From Dicyema japonicum (taxonomy: Eukaryota > Animalia > Dicyemida): a stretch of 57,126 nucleotides of DNA. Positions 49,901-57,126 of the stretch are shown here, in pieces. Made by a program: the position numbers and the translations under genes. The notes under the pieces were generated by a model. That model did not search any database. It was not told the origin of the DNA and worked only from the letters and a program-made list of their open reading frames with translations. How positions within the stretch are numbered: position 1 is the stretch's first letter; every line of letters begins with the position of its first letter. The stretch covers positions 1 through 57,126 of the forward strand of contig RDEW01000122.1 in assembly GCA_011109175.1 (NCBI GenBank). Reading direction: 5' to 3'.

Positions 49901-52900
49901 TTTTAATGTATGAATTAACTCGCTGGGAATTTTGGATCAACAATAAAAGGTATAAAAAGAATTTGGGACTAAAATGCGTGTGGGTTCTAATTGTTGAATT
50001 TTAATATATGAATTAACTCGCTGAATTTTGGATACAATACAAAGGTATAAAAAGAATTTAGACTAAAATTTGTGTAGGTTTTAATTGTTGATTTTCATAA
50101 ATGAATTAACTCGCTGGGAATTTTGGATCACAATACAAAGGTATAAAAAGAATTTGAGACTAAAATTTGTGTTGGTTTAAATGTTGATTTTCAATATATG
50201 AATTAACTGCTGGGAATTTTGGATCACAATAAAAGATATAAAAAGAATTTGAGACTAAAATAAGTGAGGGTACTAATTCTTGATTTTCATTGTATGAATT
50301 AACTCGCTGGGAATTTTGGATCACAATACCAAGATATAAACTTTTGTTCATTTAATATGAATTAACTCGCTGGGAATTTTGGATCACAATACAAGATATA
50401 AAAAGAATTTGACTAAAATAAGTGAGGTACTAATTGTTGATTTTCATTGTATGAATAACTCGCAGGGTATTTTGGATCACAATAGAAAGATATAAAAAGA
50501 ATTTGTGACTAAAATGCGTGTAGGTTGTAATTGTTGATTTTTAATATATGAATTAACTCGCTGGGTATTTTGGATCACAATACAAGGTATAAAAAGAATT
50601 TGAGACTAAAATTTGTGTATGTTTAATTGTTGATTTTTAATTATGAATTAACTCGCAGGGTATTTTGGATCACAATACAAGATATAAAAAGAATTTGGGA
50701 CTAAAATGCGTGAGGTAGTAATTGTGATTTTCATTGTATGAATTAACTCGCAGGGAATTTTGGATCACAATACAAGATATAAAAAGAATTTGAGACTAAA
50801 ATTTGTGTAGGTTTAATTTTGATTTTAATGTATGAATTAACTCGCTGGGAATTTTGGATCACAATACAAAGTATAAAAAGAATTTTAGACTAAAATAAGT
50901 GAGGGTACTAAATTCTTGATTTTCATTGTATGAATTAACTCGCTGGGAATTTTGGATCACAATACAAAGGTATAAAAAGAATTTGAGACTAAAATTTGTG
51001 TAGGTTTAATGTTGATTTTCATATATGAATTAACTCGCTGGGAATTTTGGATCACAATACCAAGATATAAAAAGAATTTGAGACTAAAATAGTGTTGGTT
51101 ACTAAATGTTGATTTTCAATATATGAATTAACTGACTGGGGATTTTGGATCACAATACCAAGGTATAAAACTTTTTGTTCATTTTCATATCTGAATTAAC
51201 TCACTGGGAATTTTGGATCACAATACAAAGGTATAAAAAGAATTTGAGGCTAAAATAAGTGAGGGTACTAATTCTTGATTTTCAATATATGAATTAACTC
51301 GCTGGGAATTTTGGATAACAATAAAAAGGTATAAAAAGAATTTGGGACTAAAATGCGTGTAGGTTCTAATTGTTGATTTTCATATATGAATTAACTCGCA
51401 CGGAATTTTGGAACACAATAAAGGAATAAAAGAATTTGGGACTAAAATTCGTGTAGGTTTAATTGTTGATTTTCAATATATAAATTATCTCGCAGTGAAT
51501 TTCGGATAACAATAAAAAGGTATAAAAAGAATTTGAGACTAAAATAAGTGGGTACTAATTCTTGATTTTCATTGTATGAATTAACTCGCTGGGAATTTTG
51601 GATCACAATACAGATATAAAAAAATTTTAGACTAAAATAAGTGAGGGTACTAATTCTTGATTTTCATTGTATGAATTAACTCGCTGAAATTTTGGATCAC
51701 AATAAAAGGTATAAAAGAATTTGAGACTAAAATTTGTGTAGGTTCTAATAGTTGATTTTTAATGAATGAATTAACTCGCTGAATTTTGGATAACAATACA
51801 AAAATATAAAAAGAATTTAAGACTAAAATTTGTGTCGGTTTAAAAGATGATTTTTAATATGAATTAACTCGCTATGAATTTTGGATCACAATACAAAGGT
51901 ATAAAAAGAATTTTAGACTAAAATTTGTGTAGGTTTAATTGTTGATTTTCAATATATGAATTAACTGACTGGGAATTTTGGATAACAATACAAGATATAA
52001 AAAGAATTTGAGACTAAAATAAGTGAGGGTACTAATTCTTGATTTTCATTGTATGAATTAACTCGCTGTAAATTTTGGATCACAATACAAAGGTATAAAA
52101 CTTTAGCTTCATTTTCAATATGAATTAACTCTCTTGGAATTTTGGATCACAATACAAGGTATAAAAAAATTTTAGACAAAAATAAGTGAGGTACTAATTC
52201 TTGATTTTCATTGTGAATTAACTCGCGGGAATTTTGGATCACAATACTAAGATATAAAAAGAATTTGTGACTAAAATGCGTGTAGGTTCTAATTGTTGAT
52301 TTTCAATATATGAATTAACTCGCAGGAAATTTTGGAAAACAATACAAAGATATAAAAGAATTTGGGACTAAAATGCGTTTAGGTTTAATTGTTGATTTTT
52401 AATATATGACTTATCTCGCTGGAATTTTGGATAACAATAAAAAGGTATAAAAAGAATTTGGGACTAAAATGCGTTTAGGTTCTAATTGTTGATTTTCAAT
52501 ATATGACTTAACTCGCTGTGAATTTTGGATAACAATAAAAAGGTATAAAAAGAATTTGGGACTAAAATGCGTGTAGGTTTAATTGTTGATTTTAATATAT
52601 GAATTAACTCGCAGGAATTTTGGAACACAATAAAAGATATAAAAAGAATTTGGGACTAAAATGCGTGTAGGTTCTAATTTGATTTTCAATATATGAATTA
52701 TCTCGCAGTGAATTTTGGAAAACAATAAAAAAATATAAACTTTTGTTCATTTTCATATGAATTAACTCGCAGTGAATTTTGGATAACAATAAAAAGGTAT
52801 AAAAAGAATTTGGGACTAAAATGCGTGTAGGTTCTAATTGTTGATTTTCAATATATGAATTAACTCGCAGGGAATTTTGGATAACAATAAAAAGGTATAA

Positions 52901-55900
52901 AAAGAATTTGGGACTAAAATGCGTTTAGGTTCTAATTGTTGATTTTCAATATATGACTTAACTCGCTGGGAATTTTGGATAACAATAAAAAGGTATAAAA
53001 AGAATTTGGGACTAAAATGCGTGTAGGTTCTAATGTTGATTTTCAATATATGAATTAACTCGCAGGGAATTTTGGATCAAATACAAGATATAAAAAGAAT
53101 TTGAGACTAAAATTTGTGTATGTTCTAATTGTTGATTTTCATTGTATGAATTAACTCGCAGGGAATTTTGGATCACAATACAAGATATAAAAAGAATTTG
53201 TGACTAAAATCGTGTAGGTTTAATTGTTGATTTTTATTATATGAATTAACTCGCTGGGTATTTTGGATAACAATAGCAAGATATAAAAAGAATTTGAGAC
53301 TAAAATAAGTGAGGGTACTAATTCTCGATTTTCATTGTATGAATTAACTCGCTGGGAATTTTGGATCACAATACAAAGGTATAAAAAGAATTATAGACTA
53401 AAATTTGTGTAGATTGTTGATTTTCATATCTGAATTAACTCGCTGGGAATTTTGGATCACAATACAAGGTATAAAAAGAATTTTAGAATAAAATAAGTGA
53501 GGGTACTAATTCTTGATTTTCATTGTATGAATTAACTCGCTGAAATTTTGGATCACAATAAAAGGTATAAATAGTATTTGAGACTAAAATTTGAGGTTTA
53601 ATTTGATTTTCAATATATGAATTATCTCGCTGTGAATTTTGGATCACAATACAAAGGTATAAAAAGAATTTTGGACTAAAATGTGTTTAGGTTTAATTGT
53701 TGATTTTTAATATATGAATTAACTCGCTGGGAATTTTGGATCACAATACAAAGGTATAAAAAGAATTTGAGACTAAAATAAGTGAGGTTAATTTGATTTT
53801 CATATGACTTAACTCGCTGGGAATTTTGGATAACAATACAAGGTATAAAAAGAATTTGAGACTAAAATAAGTGAGGTTTACTAATTGTTGATTTTCATTG
53901 TATGAATTAACTCGCTGGAATTTTGGATCACAATACAAAGGTTTAACAAGAATTTTAGACAAAAATTTGTGTAGATTGTTGATTTTCAATATATGAATTA
54001 ACTCGCTGGGAATTTTGGATCACAATACAAGATATAAAAAGAATTTAGACTAAAATAAGTGAGGGTACTAATTCTTTTTCATTGAATTAACTCGCTGGGT
54101 ATTTTGGATCACAATAGAAAAGTATAAAAAGAATTTGAGACTATAATTTGTGTAGGTTTAATTGTTGATTTTCAATGTATGAATTAACTCGCAGGGTATT
54201 TTGGATCACAATACAAGATATAAAAAAGATTTGGGACAAAAATGCGTGTAGGTAGTAATTGTTGATTTTCATTGTATGAATTAACTCGCAGGGAATTTTG
54301 GATCACAATACAAAATATAAAAAGAATTTGAGACTAAAATTCGTGTAGGTTCTAATTGTTATTTTCATTGTATGAATTAACTTCGCAGGGTATTTTGGAT
54401 CACAATAAAAGGTATAAAAAGAATTTGAGACTAAAATTTGTGTATGTTTAATAGTTGATTTTCATATATGAATTAACTCGCGGGAATTTTGGATCACAAT
54501 AGCAAGATATAAAAGAATTTGAGACTAAAATAAGTGAGGGTACTAATTGTTGATTTTCATTGTATGAATTAACTCGCTGGGTATTTTGGATAACAATACA
54601 AAGTATAAAAAGAATTTAGACTAAAATTTGTGTTAGGTTTAATTGTTGATTTTCATATATGAATTAACTGCTGGAATTTTGGATCAGCAATACAAGATAT
54701 AAAAGAATTTAGACTAAAATAAGTTGAGGGTACTAATTCTGATTTTCATTGTATGAATTAACTCGCTGGGAATTTTGGATCACAATAGAAAGGTATAAAA
54801 TTTTGTAATCATTTTCAATATTGAATTAACTCGCTGGAATTTTGGATCACAATACAATGGTATAAAAGAATTTTAGACTAAAATTTGTGTAGGTTTAATT
54901 GTTTGATTTTCAATATATGAAATAACTCGCTGGTAATTTTGGATCACAATAGCAAGATATAAAAAGAATTTGAGACTAAAATAAGTGAGGGTACTAATTC
55001 TCGATTTTCATTGTATGAATTAACTCGCTGGAATTTTGGATCACAATACAAGATAAAAAGAATTTTAGACTAAAATAAGTGAGGGTACTAATTCTTGATT
55101 TTCCATTGTATGAATTAACTCGCAAGGAATTTTGGATCACAATACAAAGGTATAAAAAGAATTTAGACTAAAATTTGTGTAGGTTTAATTGTTGATTTTC
55201 AATATATGAATTAACTCGCTGGTAATTTTGGATCACAATACCAAGATATAAAAAGAATTTGAGACTAAAATAAGTGAGGGTACTAATTCTTGATTTTCAT
55301 TGTATGAATTAACTCGCTGGGAATTTTGGATCACAATACAAAGGTATAAAAGAATTATAGACTAAAATTTGTGTAGGTTTAATTGTTGATTTTCAATATA
55401 TGAATTAACTCGCTGGTAATTTTGGATCACAATACCAAGGTATAAAAAGAATTTGAGACTAAAATAAGTGAGGTACTAATTCTTTATTTTCCTTGTATGA
55501 ATTAACTCGCTGAAATTTTGGATCACAATACAAAGTATAAAACTTTTGTTCATTTTCAATATCTGAATTAACTCGCTGGGAATTTTGGATCACAATACAA
55601 AGGTAAAAGAATTTAGACTAAAATTTGTGTTGGTTTAAATGTTGATTTTCAATATATGAATTAACTGACTGGTAATTTTGGATCACAATAGCAAGATATA
55701 AAAAGAATTTGAGACTAAAATAAGTGAGGGTACTAATTCTTGATTTTCATTGTATGAATTAACTCGCTGGGAATTTTGGATCACAATACAAAGGTATAAA
55801 AAGAATTTTAGACTAAAATAAGTGAGGGTACTAATTCTTTATTTTCATTGTATGAATTAACTCGCTGGGAATTTTGGATCACAATACAAAGGTATAAAAA

Positions 55901-57126
55901 GAATTTTAGACTAAAATTTGTGTAGGTTTAATTGTTGATTTTCAATATATGAATTAACTCGCTGGTAATTTTGGATCACAATAGCAAGATATAAAAAGAA
56001 TTTGAGACTAAAATAAGTGAGGGTACTAATTCTTGATTTTCATTGTATGAATTAACTCGCTGTGAATTTTGGATCACAATAGAAGGTATAAAACTTTTGT
56101 TCATTTTCAATTCTGAATTAACTCGCTGGGAATTTTGGATCACAATACAAAGGTTTAAAAGAATTATAGACTAAAATTTGTGTAGGTTTAATTGTTGATT
56201 TTCAATATATGAATTAACTCGCTGGTAATTTTGGATCACAATAGCAAGATATAAAAAGAATTTGAGACTAAAATAAGTGAGGGTACTAATTCTTGATTTT
56301 CATTGTATGAATTAACTCGCTGGGAATTTTGGATCACAATACAAAGGTATAAAAGAATTTAGACTAAAATTTGTGTAGGTTTAATTGTTGATTTTAATAT
56401 ATGAATTAACTCGGTGGTAATTTTGGATCACAATAGCAAGATATAAAAAGAATTTGAGACTAAAATAAGTGAGGGTACTAATTCTTGATTTTCATTGTAT
56501 GAATTAACTCGCTGAAATTTTGGATAACAATAAAAGGTATAAAACTTTTGTTCATTTTCAATATGAATTAACTCGCTGGGAATTTTGGATCACAATAAAA
56601 GGTTAAATAGTATTTGAGACTAAAATTTGTGTTGGTTTAAATGTTGATTTTCAATATATGAATTAACTCGCTGAAATTTTGGATAACAATACCAAGATAT
56701 AAAAAGAATTTAAGACTAAAATTTGTGTCGGTTCTAATTCTTGATTTCTTTATGAATTAACTCGCTGGGAATTTTGGATCACAATACCAAGTATAAAAAG
56801 AATTTAGACTAAAATAAGTGAGGGTACTAATTCTTGATTTTCATTGTATGAATTAACTCGCTGGGAATTTTGGATCAATACAATAAAAGGATAAAAACTT
56901 TTGTTATTTTCAATATTGAATTAACTCGCTGGGAATTTTGGATCACAATACAAAGGTATAAAAGAATTTGAGACTAAAATTTGTGTTGGTTTAATGTTGA
57001 TTTTCATATGTATGAATTAACTCGCTGGAATTTTGGATCACAATAGCAAGATATAAAAAGAATTTGAGACTAAAATAAGTGAGGGTACTAATTCTTGATT
57101 TTCATTGTATGAATTAACTCGCTGGG
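34931..57126. repeat. Tandem satellite array with a ~97-98-bp monomer and a ~68-bp short variant, running off the window end
   Basis: Consensus-like ATAAAAAGAATTTGAGACTAAAATAAGTGAGGGTACTAATTCTTGATTTTCATTGTATGAATTAACTCGCTGGGAATTTTGGATCACAATACAAAGGT. Period is 98 (e.g. 40204 to 40302). Roughly 230-240 units estimated from length, not counted. Confidence 0.98.

Noticed and set aside
38355-53989. Short minus-strand ORFs inside the satellite
   Set aside because: Repetitive translations of the monomer (VNSYNENQ, KFFLYL) with no coding evidence.
34931-57126. CRISPR-like array (constant core alternating with variable segments)
   Set aside because: The variable parts are a few recurring monomer types, not unique spacers. 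There are no cas genes and the context is eukaryotic.

Overview
AT-rich eukaryotic DNA in two halves, separated by a single N at 34930. Bases 1-34929 are a field of decayed retroelements and pseudogenes. The elements include many Ingi/Vingi-like APE-RT LINE fragments, CRE-like and R4-like fragments, a Tc1/IS630-type deletion derivative, a Buster-type hAT relic and a short non-autonomous LINE derivative. One near-full-length LINE lies at ~29278-32327 (-), with a 2A-like DVETNPGP motif and a candidate HDV-like 5' pseudoknot. Four host genes are recognisable. A TPX2-like gene (18773-19338, -) is intact and splices in frame across four GT-AG introns of only 22-25 nt. MFAP1 and DDX11/Chl1 are frame-disrupted, and SNRNP40 is broken by three separate insertions. 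Bases 34931-57126 are a ~98-bp satellite with monomer subtypes and local higher-order periodicity. The ultra-short introns suggest a highly reduced genome such as a dicyemid or myxozoan, but that is inference only. Protein family calls come from my recall of motifs, not from database searches, and coordinates marked ~ are approximate.
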